Numbered from the stretch's first letter, positions 1-9,947 are shown. The stretch: DNA of 63,950 nucleotides from Chloroflexota bacterium (GCA_025358515.1 JANYJG010000039.1:1-63950), one strand, 5' to 3'. The notes: a model not told the origin generated them from the letters alone. Program-made: numbers and translations.

Positions 1-75
1 CGTGAGCTGCCGATCCTGGCCGCGGCGCTCAAGCGAGAACTGAAGATCGAGGAGGCGGAGATCCGCACTAACTGA
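1..75 (+). CDS. 3' end of an unidentified protein (partial; ...RELPILAAALKRELKIEEAEIRTN*)
   Basis: Frame 1 is open from the window edge to TGA at 73-75 with GC-rich wobble positions. Confidence 0.55.
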   Translation, partial: RELPILAAALKRELKIEEAEIRTN

Positions 76-146
76 CCGCTATCATCAGCAACTGCTGGAG
101 GTCCTCACCAGACCAAATTCCACGACGAGCGGGACATCCTCCCGCG

Positions 147-848
147 ATGCAGCGAACCACATGCAACCTAGTTTGCAGGAGGTCGACGATGGGGGGCGAT
201 AGGGAACTCACCGATGGTGAGGCTCGAACTGTCAGCAGTCGGGAGGCGACTGCGACGCTCCGGATCTCGGGCCGAGGAAAGCCACGAAGCGCTCGAGCCG
301 GAGTCATGCTCGTCATCGGGCTGATCGCCGGTGGTCTCCTCGTCCAGTGCTCAGCGGCCGGCGCCGCAACCGGCGCGCCAACCAATGCACCTAGCAATGG
401 ATTGCCCACAGGGGCGACCGCCAGTCCGTCGGGAAGCGGGCTATTCCCAGCCCAGGTCGAAGGCAAGCCCGTCTATTTTGGAAACGACATCCTCAAGCAG
501 GTCGCCGATGCGTCGGATGACGCCCCATTCTTCATCGGTGGTTTTGTTTCCGAATTTCCAACGTCTATCGACTGCGCCCCTGAGACAGCACCCCCGGGTA
601 TCGACACTCGCTTCCTCCGGGCTTGCTCCCGTGAAGCCCCTTATCTGGGTAGCACGGACGACGTGGGAATTTCCATGTCTTTGAGTCACCCAGCGGTGCC
701 AGACCTCGGCAACCTCGGCGATCTTGTCGTGATTCGCGTCCACGTTCGAGACAAGGCGTCGGTCACTTGCCCTTCGGACTGGCAAGCCACTTGCCGGAAA
801 ATGATCTTTCTGGATGCCGTGGTCTGGCGGAGAAGTACGCCCGGATGA
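147..848 (+). CDS. Hypothetical membrane-anchored or exported protein with a Cys-containing extracytoplasmic domain (start uncertain, possibly 189 or 307)
   Basis: Hydrophobic segment MLVIGLIAGGLLVQC, Pro/Ser/Thr linker, then a domain with four Cys. Confidence 0.55.
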   Translation: MQRTTCNLVCRRSTMGGDRELTDGEARTVSSREATATLRISGRGKPRSARAGVMLVIGLIAGGLLVQCSAAGAATGAPTNAPSNGLPTGATASPSGSGLFPAQVEGKPVYFGNDILKQVADASDDAPFFIGGFVSEFPTSIDCAPETAPPGIDTRFLRACSREAPYLGSTDDVGISMSLSHPAVPDLGNLGDLVVIRVHVRDKASVTCPSDWQATCRKMIFLDAVVWRRSTPG

Positions 849-991
849 AGACCGTAATGCGGCAGTCCTCGGTTGGGGCGATCGAGCAGTAGGATCGGCA
901 ACGGGCGTATTCTGGATCAAGGCCGTAGGATATCTGCGGTGAAGCGCGCCCCGTCCGCGCTACAGACACGAAACCCGAGGAAGCCGCCCGC

Positions 992-2062
992 ATGACGACC
1001 CTGACCGAAGCCGCCGTCCTCAAAGCCTTGAGCACTGTCCAAGAGCCTGAGCTCGGGGGCGACCTGGTCAGCCGCAACATGATCAAAGACCTCGTCATCG
1101 ATGGCCCTAACGTGGCATTTCTGATCGAGTTGACAACGCCTGCGTGTCCCCTCAAGGACGAGATCCAAACTCGGGTGGAGACGGCCCTGCGACCTATCGG
1201 CGTCGAGAAGATCGATGTCGCCTGGGGCGCCACCGTCCGCCGCGCAACGCCCGCGAGTCCGCAACTCCTCCCCGGAGTCAAGAACATCGTGGCCGTGGCA
1301 TCGGGCAAGGGCGGCGTGGGGAAAAGCACCGTCAGCGTGAACCTGGCGGTCGCGCTTGCCCAGGCAGGGGCGTCGGTCGGCCTCCTCGACGCGGATATCA
1401 CCGGACCCAACGTCCCGATGATGATCGGGGCGCAAGGCCAACCGATAGCCAGCCCGTCGGGCAAGATCACGCCCATCGACGCCCACGGAGTCAAGGTCAT
1501 TTCCATCGGCTTCTTCATCCCGGAGGGCCAGCCGGTGGTGTGGCGCGGTCCGCTCGTTGGTGGTGCTATCCAGCAGTTCCTGCGGGACGTCGAATGGGGC
1601 GACCTCGATTACCTGGTCGTAGATCTGCCGCCCGGCACCTCCGACGCCCAGCTGACACTGGCTCAGGCTGTGCCTATCACCGGTGCCGTTCTCGTGACCA
1701 CACCGCAGGAGGTCTCCCTCTCTGATGTGGCCAAGGCTCTAGCCATGTTCAGGCGGGTCAGCGTTCCGATCCTCGGCCTGGTCGAAAACATGTCCGGCTT
1801 CGTTTGCCCGCATTGCGGCGAGGTGACCGACCTGTTCGGCCGAGGCGGGGGCGAGCGCTATGCCGCTGCGGCCGGCATCGACTTTTTGGGCGGGATCCCG
1901 CTGGACGTGACGGTTCGACAGGGGGCCGACATGGGCGTGCCGGCGGTTGCCCAGTCTGAACGCGGCCCCGCAGCCATCGCCCTTGAGCATATTGCCCGCG
2001 CAGTTGCGGGCAAGGTCAGCGTTGAGGCTGCCCGTCAAAGGCCTGTCCTTACGATTTCGTAG
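992..2062 (+). CDS. mrp: Mrp/NBP35 (ApbC) Fe-S cluster carrier ATPase
   Basis: N-terminal DUF59-like segment (EPELG...LTTPACP), SGKGGVGKST, WRGP, DLPPGT, ENMS and CPHC motifs. Confidence 0.95.
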   Translation: MTTLTEAAVLKALSTVQEPELGGDLVSRNMIKDLVIDGPNVAFLIELTTPACPLKDEIQTRVETALRPIGVEKIDVAWGATVRRATPASPQLLPGVKNIVAVASGKGGVGKSTVSVNLAVALAQAGASVGLLDADITGPNVPMMIGAQGQPIASPSGKITPIDAHGVKVISIGFFIPEGQPVVWRGPLVGGAIQQFLRDVEWGDLDYLVVDLPPGTSDAQLTLAQAVPITGAVLVTTPQEVSLSDVAKALAMFRRVSVPILGLVENMSGFVCPHCGEVTDLFGRGGGERYAAAAGIDFLGGIPLDVTVRQGADMGVPAVAQSERGPAAIALEHIARAVAGKVSVEAARQRPVLTIS

Positions 2063-2156
2063 CGCCGCGTCGCGTCGCGCCCTTTTCGTCAACGAAATAG
2101 TTCCCGACGCGATCATTCGGGGCGTACCATCGAGACGGTCCCGTTCGAGGTCCCCG

Positions 2157-4250
2157 ATGTCCTGTCCCAATTGCGCCACGCCAAAAGTTCCCGGCGCGCG
2201 CTACTGCCACCGCTGCGGCGTCCTTTTGAGTGTGCCGACCGATGGCCTCGAGGCCGGTGATCGCCGAATTGTCAGCGCCCTGTTCGCCGACCTGGTCGGC
2301 TACACGCGTCTCGTGGACGAGCTCGATCCAGAGGAGGTTCGGAGCCGTGTGGACGCGGCCCTAGCTTTGCTAAGCGGCGCGGTATTGAAGTTCGGCGGCA
2401 CCGTGGAGAAATTTGCGGGCGACGCGGTGCTTGTCATCTTCGGCACTCCCATCGCCCACTACGACGACGCTCTTAGGGCCTGCATGTGCGCCCTTGAGAT
2501 GCAGAGCGCCCTGTCTTGGAGCGCCAGCGGCGACGGTCGGCCGCTCCAGCTGCGCATCGGTGTCGCGACCGGCGAGGTCGTGGCGGCCCATCGTGACATG
2601 GCCGGGACGCGGGCCGTGTCCCTGACCGGCGATCCGCTGACAACAGCCGCGCGGCTCCAGCAACTTGCCGAACCGGGCGAGATCCTCATCGACGACGTGA
2701 CCGCTGTCGGTGCCGAGACGCGCATCGGGTGCGTCCGGATCGGCGAGCGTCAATTGCGCGGTCAGACCCGCCGGGTGGGCGTCAATCGGTTGCGTGGGGA
2801 GCGCCGGATTGTGCGGCTACCCGGCATCGACACGGCCCCACTGGTTGGCCGAGAGACTGAGAAGGCGCTGCTGGCCGATGTGATCAAGCGCGCGGGAGCC
2901 ACCGGGCGCGGTGGAACCGTCCTGGTCCGCGGTGAGGCCGGCATCGGCAAGTCCAGGCTCCTGGCGGAAATGGAGGTGGACGCCCGTGCCGCCGGTTTCG
3001 GCTGGACTTGGATCGACCACCCGCCTCACCGAATGGGCGCGCCGTACCACACCGCCAGCGCCCTGGTAGACGTCCTGGCCGAGGAACTAGGCCTCAGGGC
3101 CGGCGTCCTGGCTCGGCAGGCTCTGGGTTCGGACATGGACGATGAGACGGCTCGGCTCTTGTTCGGGGCAGCTGCGATCATCGCCAAGGACTCGGAGATG
3201 CAGTTGCTGGCGGAGGAGGGCTGGGATCAGGGCTTGACCGTTGGCTTGTCGGATCCCGCCGAAATAGTCACCGGCGTCAAGCTGGTGGCCAGTGGTTTCG
3301 TGACCGGGCTAACCGCCCGCCAGCCGCGCTGCATCGTCATGGACGACTACCATTGGATGGACCCTTCGAGCCAGCTGATGCTGGCCGAGTTGGTTCGTGT
3401 ATCGGGCATTCTGCCTCTCGTCATTCTCACGGGCACGCGACCGCCGATCATGCCCGAATGGGTGAACTTTCCGCACGTTCAGGTTATTGAGTTGGGCGGC
3501 CTTGACGAACCAGCTACGGAGCAGCTGGGGACGGCAATTGCCGGCGCTTGCCTGGACTCGGAATCGGCCCATTGGTTGTACCAGCGAACGGCGGGCAATG
3601 CTCTCTTCGTTGGCGAGGTAGTGCGAACGCTGCGAGACGCAGGCCGGCTGGAAACGATCGACGGTGGGGTACGTATCGATCGGGGGGTTGGACGGCGAAG
3701 CGTGCCGCTCAGCTTGCGGGCGTTGTTGGGGGCCCGCATCGATGCCCTGCCCGAGGGTCAGCGCGTTGCTCTCGAGGCTGCGTCGGTGATCGGCACCACT
3801 TTCCCCGAAGTGTTGCTACGGGAGTTGTGTGGCAGCTGCGACGAGGACGACTACCTGGAGCGGCTGTCAGACGCTGGGATTCTGGCCCGCGTCGATGTCG
3901 CGGGCGAGGATGCCATGGCGTCGTCCGCTTCGGCCGAGCCGGGCTGGCGGTTCACCCACGCCCTGTTCCTGGACGCGGCCTATGGTCGCCTGCTGGGGGA
4001 TCGCCGTAGGGCCCTGCATGGCGCGCTGGCGGACCTTCTGGAGACAGCGGAACCGCGTACAGACACGGGTGAAATGGCACGCCATCGAGTTGCGGCCGGG
4101 GACGTTGAACGGGCGTTGCCTTTGCTGGAGCAGGCGGCGCGGGAGGCGGTGGCGATGGGCGCCGTGACGGAAGCGGAGATGTTCCTCAGGACGGCGGCCG
4201 GGCTGCGCGGCGAGAAACAGCCTGGCCAGAAGCAGCCGACGGTTGGTTAA
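2157..4250 (+). CDS. Zinc ribbon + class III adenylate/guanylate cyclase + AAA(STAND-like) ATPase
   Basis: CPNC/CHRC ribbon; LFADLVGYT, EKFAGDA, LRIGVATG, GDPLTTAARL; Walker A GEAGIGKS; Walker B-like MDDYHWMD. Confidence 0.9.
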   Translation: MSCPNCATPKVPGARYCHRCGVLLSVPTDGLEAGDRRIVSALFADLVGYTRLVDELDPEEVRSRVDAALALLSGAVLKFGGTVEKFAGDAVLVIFGTPIAHYDDALRACMCALEMQSALSWSASGDGRPLQLRIGVATGEVVAAHRDMAGTRAVSLTGDPLTTAARLQQLAEPGEILIDDVTAVGAETRIGCVRIGERQLRGQTRRVGVNRLRGERRIVRLPGIDTAPLVGRETEKALLADVIKRAGATGRGGTVLVRGEAGIGKSRLLAEMEVDARAAGFGWTWIDHPPHRMGAPYHTASALVDVLAEELGLRAGVLARQALGSDMDDETARLLFGAAAIIAKDSEMQLLAEEGWDQGLTVGLSDPAEIVTGVKLVASGFVTGLTARQPRCIVMDDYHWMDPSSQLMLAELVRVSGILPLVILTGTRPPIMPEWVNFPHVQVIELGGLDEPATEQLGTAIAGACLDSESAHWLYQRTAGNALFVGEVVRTLRDAGRLETIDGGVRIDRGVGRRSVPLSLRALLGARIDALPEGQRVALEAASVIGTTFPEVLLRELCGSCDEDDYLERLSDAGILARVDVAGEDAMASSASAEPGWRFTHALFLDAAYGRLLGDRRRALHGALADLLETAEPRTDTGEMARHRVAAGDVERALPLLEQAAREAVAMGAVTEAEMFLRTAAGLRGEKQPGQKQPTVG

Positions 4251-5389
4251 GCCGCCGATCGGTTAGTGGACGGAGGCAATCCCGTGGTCGACTCCAAGCC
4301 CGGGTTGCGGGCGGCGAACTGGATGGTGCCCCAGAAGCCTGCGCTCCAGGCCGCGTTGGCCATCTTGGCCTGACCGGTGAGTGAAGGGTGGAAGAAGTCG
4401 ACCTTGCTCAGGTCGCAGATCGAGAAATCCGTGTCGGCCAGGCTGGTGCGGTTGCTTCGGCAGAACAGCCTGCCGGAAGCCCCGTCATGGGTCTGGATGT
4501 CGTCGCAGACACTCACCAGGATCGAGTCGTAAGACGACAGGAATCGCTGGGCGGTCGGGATATCGGTGGGGCTGTCGGCACCCAGGAATGGCGCGCAACG
4601 GCGCGAGTTCTGGCGCAAGGCAAGGGCGGCCTTGGCCTCGGCATTGGCCTGGGTGACCTGTCGGAAATGGGAGAAGTCCGGCACCGAGACCATGAGGATG
4701 CGGCTACCGGGAGGTAATCCGCTCCGCAGAATCTGGACGGCCAATCGAAGGTTGGCCTCGAAGCTCGTCGGACTTGTCTTGGGATCGTCGCAAAGGTCGT
4801 TGGTCCCAAGCGCGAATGTGACCAGAGCCGTCTGGCCGGCCTTGAGGTACTTGGCCGCAGCCACGATCTCGCTGGCCTGACGAGGGGCGTCGTTCATCTT
4901 CTTGCCGGAGGTCGCGGCGTTGACGACGCTCAGCTTGGCTCCAAGCGATTCGAGGCGCTCCAGGATGCTGAATACGCCGTCGCCCCTGGCTGTGCCGACG
5001 ACCCAGGAGTGCTCGGGATGGTCACCCAGCAGGTCAGGTGTCATACCGTAGGCCTGGCTGTATGAGTCGCCGATGGCGCCCAGTAGGGACGGCAGCTGGG
5101 GCGATATCGTCGTCGGCTGGGTCGTCGGCTGGGTCGTCGGCGGATTGGCCGTGGCAGGAGCCGTCGGCGGAGTGTTTGTGGCCGTGCCCGGCCCGGACGC
5201 CGCGGGCGATGGCGAGCCCCCGGGATCCGACTGGCCGGCCGATGCCACGATCGCCGCCGATGGCGTTGGAGATGACTTAGCTGAGCTGCCGGAGAGCGGT
5301 CCAATGACTACCGCGAGGCCCACAACGGCGATCAACACCGCAGCGACGGCACCGCCTAATAGAAACCGTCTGTCAGTTGGCTGCTTCAT
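4247..5389 (-). CDS. Membrane-anchored SGNH/GDSL hydrolase
   Basis: N-terminal TM helix, Pro/Thr linker, GDSYS, GTND and DFFHP motifs. Confidence 0.88.
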   Translation of the reverse strand: MKQPTDRRFLLGGAVAAVLIAVVGLAVVIGPLSGSSAKSSPTPSAAIVASAGQSDPGGSPSPAASGPGTATNTPPTAPATANPPTTQPTTQPTTISPQLPSLLGAIGDSYSQAYGMTPDLLGDHPEHSWVVGTARGDGVFSILERLESLGAKLSVVNAATSGKKMNDAPRQASEIVAAAKYLKAGQTALVTFALGTNDLCDDPKTSPTSFEANLRLAVQILRSGLPPGSRILMVSVPDFSHFRQVTQANAEAKAALALRQNSRRCAPFLGADSPTDIPTAQRFLSSYDSILVSVCDDIQTHDGASGRLFCRSNRTSLADTDFSICDLSKVDFFHPSLTGQAKMANAAWSAGFWGTIQFAARNPGLESTTGLPPSTNRSAA

Positions 5390-5469
5390 GCTCAAATCCT
5401 ACGGGCGGAGACGTGTTTCGTCATAGCGATCTTGGTGCGCCGGCCGGCCGTGACGGTAGGATGTGCGCA

Positions 5470-6165
5470 ATGCAAGCAGATTTCGCGACGGAAGCACTTG
5501 GTCGGTGCCGCCTGTTCGGCGGTCTCGGCGAGGAATCGCTGCGCACGATCGCGCGCAACCTTCGAACGCGGCGGTTTCGCCGGGGGGAGGTCTTGTTCCA
5601 CGAAGGCGACCCGGGAGATGCCCTGTTCATAGTCGCATCGGGGGCGGTGAAGGTCGTCGTTCCGTCCGAGAACGGGGAGGAGGCCATCCTCGCGACGTTG
5701 CATCGCGGCGATTTCCTGGGTGAGCTGGCGCTGCTCGACGGCGCCCCGCGATCCGCCAGCGCCATTGCGCTGGAACTGACCGAGACGCTGGCCTTGCCAC
5801 GCGAGCAGCTTCGGGCTTTGGTGGCGTCGGAGCCGGTCATCAGGGATGCGTTGTTGGCGTCGCTGGCCGGGGAACTGCGGCGTCTGACCGCCCATGTCGG
5901 CGAGATGCATTTCCTGGACGTGACCGGTCGCCTGGCGGCCCACCTGGCGCGGCTGGCTCGAGACCACGGCCAGCGGCTCCCGGATGGCTCGATCAGGCTG
6001 GACGGGCCGCTAACCCAGAGCGACCTGGCGGCCATGATCGGAGCCACCCGCCAGAGCGTGAACAAGCTCCTGGGCGAGTTCGAGGCCGATGGGCTGCTGC
6101 GAATCGACCGCGACAGCATCGTTGTGCCGGACTTGGACGCGCTGCTCGGAGCCTCGCGGCGTTGA
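5470..6165 (+). CDS. Crp/Fnr family transcriptional regulator
   Basis: cNMP pocket FLGELALLDGAPRSA; C-terminal HTH LTQSDLAAMIGATRQSVNK; start chosen from TAGGAT 7 nt upstream. Confidence 0.93.
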   Translation: MQADFATEALGRCRLFGGLGEESLRTIARNLRTRRFRRGEVLFHEGDPGDALFIVASGAVKVVVPSENGEEAILATLHRGDFLGELALLDGAPRSASAIALELTETLALPREQLRALVASEPVIRDALLASLAGELRRLTAHVGEMHFLDVTGRLAAHLARLARDHGQRLPDGSIRLDGPLTQSDLAAMIGATRQSVNKLLGEFEADGLLRIDRDSIVVPDLDALLGASRR

Positions 6166-6168
6166 GGC

Positions 6169-6651
6169 TCAGCCGGCGGAGATGACGCCCTCGCGTCCCA
6201 ACTGAAGCAGCTGAGCTCGGCTTTCGTCCAGGTGATGGGTCGCGATGCCGAAGAGGCGCCGCAACAGCAGTTCCGACTGGGCCGACCCGCCGGTCAGTAG
6301 TGCCAGCAGGCCCGACACCGGCATCGAGACCAGGACCGCCGGCCCGATTGCGCGCGTCGTCGAGAGCGCCTTTGGGTCCTCGCGCAACGCCGACCAGCCG
6401 AGGATGTCACCTGGGTAGAGCGTCGACACCAGCACCCAGCGCCCGTCGTAACGCACTCGCAGTGCTAGCTGACCCTGCTCGAGCCAGAAGACCTCGGAAA
6501 TGGGCTGACCCATCTCGACCAGCGTTTCGCCATCGGTGAGGTGAAGCCGGCGCGATCCACCGGCCAATTCGTCGAGGTCGGCCGGGGCTACGCCCGAGAA
6601 CAACGGCAGGCTGGCTAGCTCCGCCGCGCTGACCTTGTCCGTCGTGCTCAT
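6169..6651 (-). CDS. Stand-alone cyclic-nucleotide-binding-domain protein
   Basis: LPLFSG...GETLVEMG...PGDILGWSAL cNMP-fold pattern; no HTH. Confidence 0.8.
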   Translation of the reverse strand: MSTTDKVSAAELASLPLFSGVAPADLDELAGGSRRLHLTDGETLVEMGQPISEVFWLEQGQLALRVRYDGRWVLVSTLYPGDILGWSALREDPKALSTTRAIGPAVLVSMPVSGLLALLTGGSAQSELLLRRLFGIATHHLDESRAQLLQLGREGVISAG

Positions 6652-6758
6652 CCTTCGCTCCATCTGCCGCAAGCCCGCTCGGTACCTCTGGTTCGTATTG
6701 TCCGCCAGCCAAGGGCTGTGCGCTCGTCGAATCGCCAACCGAATCACGCGCCGGTCAG

Positions 6759-7928
6759 TCAGCCGGCCGAAGCCTGTCGGCGCAGGATGTCGTGCAGGAA
6801 CGCAGCGGCGGCGATGCCCGCCCGTCGCCGACCCTCCGCGCCGCCGAGGAATGCCGTCTGGCTCGTCTCCGCCCGGCCCCAAGGTCCGACGGCGGCCAGC
6901 ATGACCAGCGTGTCATCGCCCGACTCCACGGCCTTCACCGCCAGGCCGATCGAGGCCCCCGTCTCGTCGCGGATTGCGCCGGCAATCACCGCCGGCTCGC
7001 CGTCCGCGGCAGATCCTGCGGCGACGGTCCGGGCGGTGACGAGCCACACATGCTCGCCCAGCAGGGCCGCCGCCGAGCCACCCGTTGCTATCTCCACGAT
7101 GGCCAAGGTCAAGCCCAGTGCCTCGATTTCGCGGCCAAGCGCAACGCCCCAGGTGTCGTCGTCGCGACCCCAGACGTGATCCCCGACAAGGGCCATGACT
7201 GCCGCGGCGGCCTCTTCCAGAATCGCCACAGGCGAACGCCCGGCTTCCGCGACCGCCGAAATTCGAACGTCTACCGCGTCGGCGCGGGCGTAGGTCGCCA
7301 CGATAGGGTTGGAGTCCCGCAGCAGCGTGTCGCCCAGCAGCGCCGCTACGGCCGACTCGCCGATGCCGGTGAGGCGGTATGTCCGCGTGACTCGTTCCTG
7401 GCCCAGGCCGAGGCCTCGCAGGCGGGGGATCACCCAGCCCTCCCACATCGGGGCCATCTCGCGCGGTGGTCCCGGCAGGGCTACGATCACGCGGCCGTCA
7501 TTTCGGTCCACCCACCATCCTGGGGCGGTGCCGTGGTCGTTGGGGATCGCCGTAGAAGACGGAATGAGCCAGGCCTGTTTCAGATTGGTGGCGGGGAAGG
7601 GGAGTGCCCGCCGCTCGAACAGGTTGCGCAGCCAGCGTTCCAGGGTCGGGTCGGCCGCCGGCAACTCCCCCATAACGGCGGCAATAGCCTCGCGGGTCAG
7701 GTCATCCGGAGTGGGACCGAGGCCGCCGGTGGTTACGACGAGATCCGCGGCGGCAAGAGCCCCGTGCATGGCGGCCACGACGGCCGGCAGGCGATCGGGC
7801 AGGGCCGTGGCCCACAACACATCCACTCCCTCCCGAGAGAGGGACCGAGCCAGGTCGCCGCTGTTCGTGTCACGGGTCTCGCCGACGGTCAACTCGCTGC
7901 CGATGGCAAGCAAGACGGCCGTGTGCAT
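6759..7928 (-). CDS. cinA: CinA family competence/damage-inducible protein (MoCF-like N-domain + degenerate PncC-like C-domain)
   Basis: IGSEL..G...DTNS, TTGGLGPTPDDLT, GTAPG, LPGPPREM, GIGES motifs. Confidence 0.88.
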   Translation of the reverse strand: MHTAVLLAIGSELTVGETRDTNSGDLARSLSREGVDVLWATALPDRLPAVVAAMHGALAAADLVVTTGGLGPTPDDLTREAIAAVMGELPAADPTLERWLRNLFERRALPFPATNLKQAWLIPSSTAIPNDHGTAPGWWVDRNDGRVIVALPGPPREMAPMWEGWVIPRLRGLGLGQERVTRTYRLTGIGESAVAALLGDTLLRDSNPIVATYARADAVDVRISAVAEAGRSPVAILEEAAAAVMALVGDHVWGRDDDTWGVALGREIEALGLTLAIVEIATGGSAAALLGEHVWLVTARTVAAGSAADGEPAVIAGAIRDETGASIGLAVKAVESGDDTLVMLAAVGPWGRAETSQTAFLGGAEGRRRAGIAAAAFLHDILRRQASAG

Positions 7929-8120
7929 TTGGCGCGCAGGCCGACCATGAACTCGGGCTTCGGTCGCGGGTTCCACAGGTGGAGCGTAGAGGGTCTGCGG
8001 CATTCCGTCCGGATGCCATGGCGTTGGTCCCTCACGCCGACGGGCACCGGACTTCTCGCCGACGATGGGCTCGCCGCTGGTATGATCGCCATGCTATCTG
8101 ACCATATGGATGGAGGTCCC

Positions 8121-8972
8121 TTGGCTGATCGATCCTCCTCGAAGGATCGGCCCTCTTCTGGCGGCGCTTCTGCCGGTGCCTCTGGCGGCGCTGCCCCGGA
8201 CGGTCGAACGCCCGGCTTGCGCGACCAGTTCGCGCGAACTCGCAGCGCCCTGTTCGGGCTCATCGCCGCCCACATCAAGCTGGCTAAAGCCGAGTTCGCC
8301 GAGATCATCGACGAAATCAAGCGCGCTGCCATCCTGGGCTCCATTGCTCTTGGCCTCGTGATCGTGTCGAGCTCGTTCCTGCTCTTCAGCCTGATCCTGT
8401 GGCTAGACGATTGGGCCTTCGGCTCGATCGGCTGGGGCGCCCTCCACGGCACGGCCTTGATGGTGGGTGTGGCAGTGCTTCTGGTGCTGGCCATCATCGA
8501 CTACGGCTGGCGCCGCGCCTCCGCTTCATTCGCCATCGCGCTGGGCGTGGCTCTCGTGGTAGTCGGCCTGCTCGCGGCCGATTGGACCGGGCTGAGTCAT
8601 CGCAGTGCGGGCCTACCGCCGGGGTGGTTGATCGCCATGGTCGCCGGGGCGCTCGTTCTCGGCCTTCTGGGCGCCGTCCTGGCCTCGCCATTCGGTCGCA
8701 GCCTCGCATTGGCGGGCTTCCTCGCAGGCGCTGTCGCCGGGCTTCTGCTCGGCCTGTTGGGATCCGCCGGGCCTGGGCCGCGTGTTGCCGCCGCCATCGG
8801 CTTCGCCACGCTGCTGCTCCTCTGGCCGATCGTTTCAGCCGTGATGGTGTTCCGCCACGGCATCGACATGGCCAAGCTCAAGGATCGGTTCGTGCCCGAT
8901 CAGACAATCGAGACCACCAAGGAGACTATCGAGTGGGTGCGCGAACAGATGCCGCACGGGCCGAAGTCGTAG
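8121..8972 (+). CDS. Multi-pass membrane protein, holin-X/DUF1469-like
   Basis: GGAGG then TTG; HIKLAKAE motif, many TM helices, C-terminal PDQTIETTKE. Confidence 0.7.
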   Translation: MADRSSSKDRPSSGGASAGASGGAAPDGRTPGLRDQFARTRSALFGLIAAHIKLAKAEFAEIIDEIKRAAILGSIALGLVIVSSSFLLFSLILWLDDWAFGSIGWGALHGTALMVGVAVLLVLAIIDYGWRRASASFAIALGVALVVVGLLAADWTGLSHRSAGLPPGWLIAMVAGALVLGLLGAVLASPFGRSLALAGFLAGAVAGLLLGLLGSAGPGPRVAAAIGFATLLLLWPIVSAVMVFRHGIDMAKLKDRFVPDQTIETTKETIEWVREQMPHGPKS

Positions 8973-9487
8973 CCCGCCGTCAGGTTCTTTTGGTAGAAAC
9001 TGGGAAGCTGGAAGCCGCAGGTCGGTCCGCGGTCGATATTCCGGCCAAGATTCGCCAATCGCCGGCCAAGACCGCCGCACTTGCTGCGGGAACGGCTTTC
9101 ATGATTCTGGGCGGCCCAAAGCGAAGCTATAACGCCGTCCGGCGGGCCATCTGGGGACCCAAGGCCGATCTGCCGAAATCGATGCTGCCCAAGCAGGTCG
9201 ACAAGGCGCTGCGCTCCCTGGGCGACGATGGCGATCGGGTGAGGGGCCTGCTCGAGCGCGAATTCGCCAGATACCTCGAGGAGGGCCGGCAAGAGCGCGA
9301 GGCGCGCGATCTGCGAGGCACGATTTCAGCGCTCGGTGGAAACATCCTGCGACCGGTCAGCGTCGAGGCCGGCAAGCGACTGGCCAGGGAGTTGTTCTCG
9401 CCCGAGGCCGGCGGGTTTGCCGCAGCCACCGAGCGGATAAGCGCCCGCCGCGAGTCTCGCAAAGCCGGTGGCGCCGGCAGAGATTAG
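8933..9487 (+). CDS. Hypothetical protein (DUF3618-like N-terminus)
   Basis: AAGGAG then GTG overlapping the upstream gene; ARAEVVARR..L..E N-terminal helix; usual partner position after holin-X-like genes. Confidence 0.6.
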   Translation: MGARTDAARAEVVARRQVLLVETGKLEAAGRSAVDIPAKIRQSPAKTAALAAGTAFMILGGPKRSYNAVRRAIWGPKADLPKSMLPKQVDKALRSLGDDGDRVRGLLEREFARYLEEGRQEREARDLRGTISALGGNILRPVSVEAGKRLARELFSPEAGGFAAATERISARRESRKAGGAGRD

Positions 9488-9546
9488 GCGCAGCCGCGAC
9501 CGCCCTGCCACTTGTGACGGCCGCCCCCGCTAGACTCTTGGGCCAC

Positions 9547-9634
9547 GGGCGAGTGGCGGAATGGCAGACGCGCCAGCCTTAGGAGCTGGTACCGCGTAAG
9601 CGGTGTGCGGGTTCAAATCCCGCCTCGCCCACCA
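9547..9634 (+). tRNA. tRNA-Leu (anticodon TAG)
   Basis: Cloverleaf: GGGCGAG/CTCGCCC acceptor stem, CCAGC-CTTAGGA-GCTGG anticodon arm, long variable arm, GGTTCAAATCC T arm, encoded CCA. Confidence 0.97.
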
Positions 9635-9738
9635 GATCTGTAGGCTGCGACCTGCGGCGCGCCAGCAGGTTTCGCCTTGCCGGAATGCATGCTGGCCTCC
9701 GTCTGGGGGAGAGCAACTCCGGCGTGGGCAAATGGCTG

Positions 9739-9777
9739 CCCGTCACTCGTCCCGTCACTCGTCCCGTCAATCGTCCC
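9739..9777. repeat. Tandem 12-bp repeat CCCGTCA(C/A)TCGT, 3 copies plus a partial copy
   Basis: Read directly from the sequence. Confidence 0.9.
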
Positions 9778-9947
9778 TTCATATGACGGGAGGCCAGCCC
9801 CCAAATGCCGTCCTGCAGTGACTTATAGGTCCGGGTTCATAGAAGCGCGCGGCGGTAGCATCAACTTCGCCGGCAGCGACGCGGCCACCGGGGCGTCGTT
9901 TGCGCGAGATACGTCCGATTTCGGACATCCGAGACAGGTGGGTGACC

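Noticed and set aside
6792-8120. N-terminal 440 aa of the 726-aa ORF
   Set aside because: Antisense to cinA; the real gene starts near 8121 after GGAGG
8121-9634. Prophage suggested by the holin-like gene, tRNA and excisionase-like HTH (18820)
   Set aside because: No integrase, endolysin, structural genes or att duplication; these families are often chromosomal
9739-9777. Repeat considered as a CRISPR array
   Set aside because: 12-bp units with no spacers and no cas genes; the Cas4-like Cys nuclease at ~35400-36170 is part of a helicase fusion
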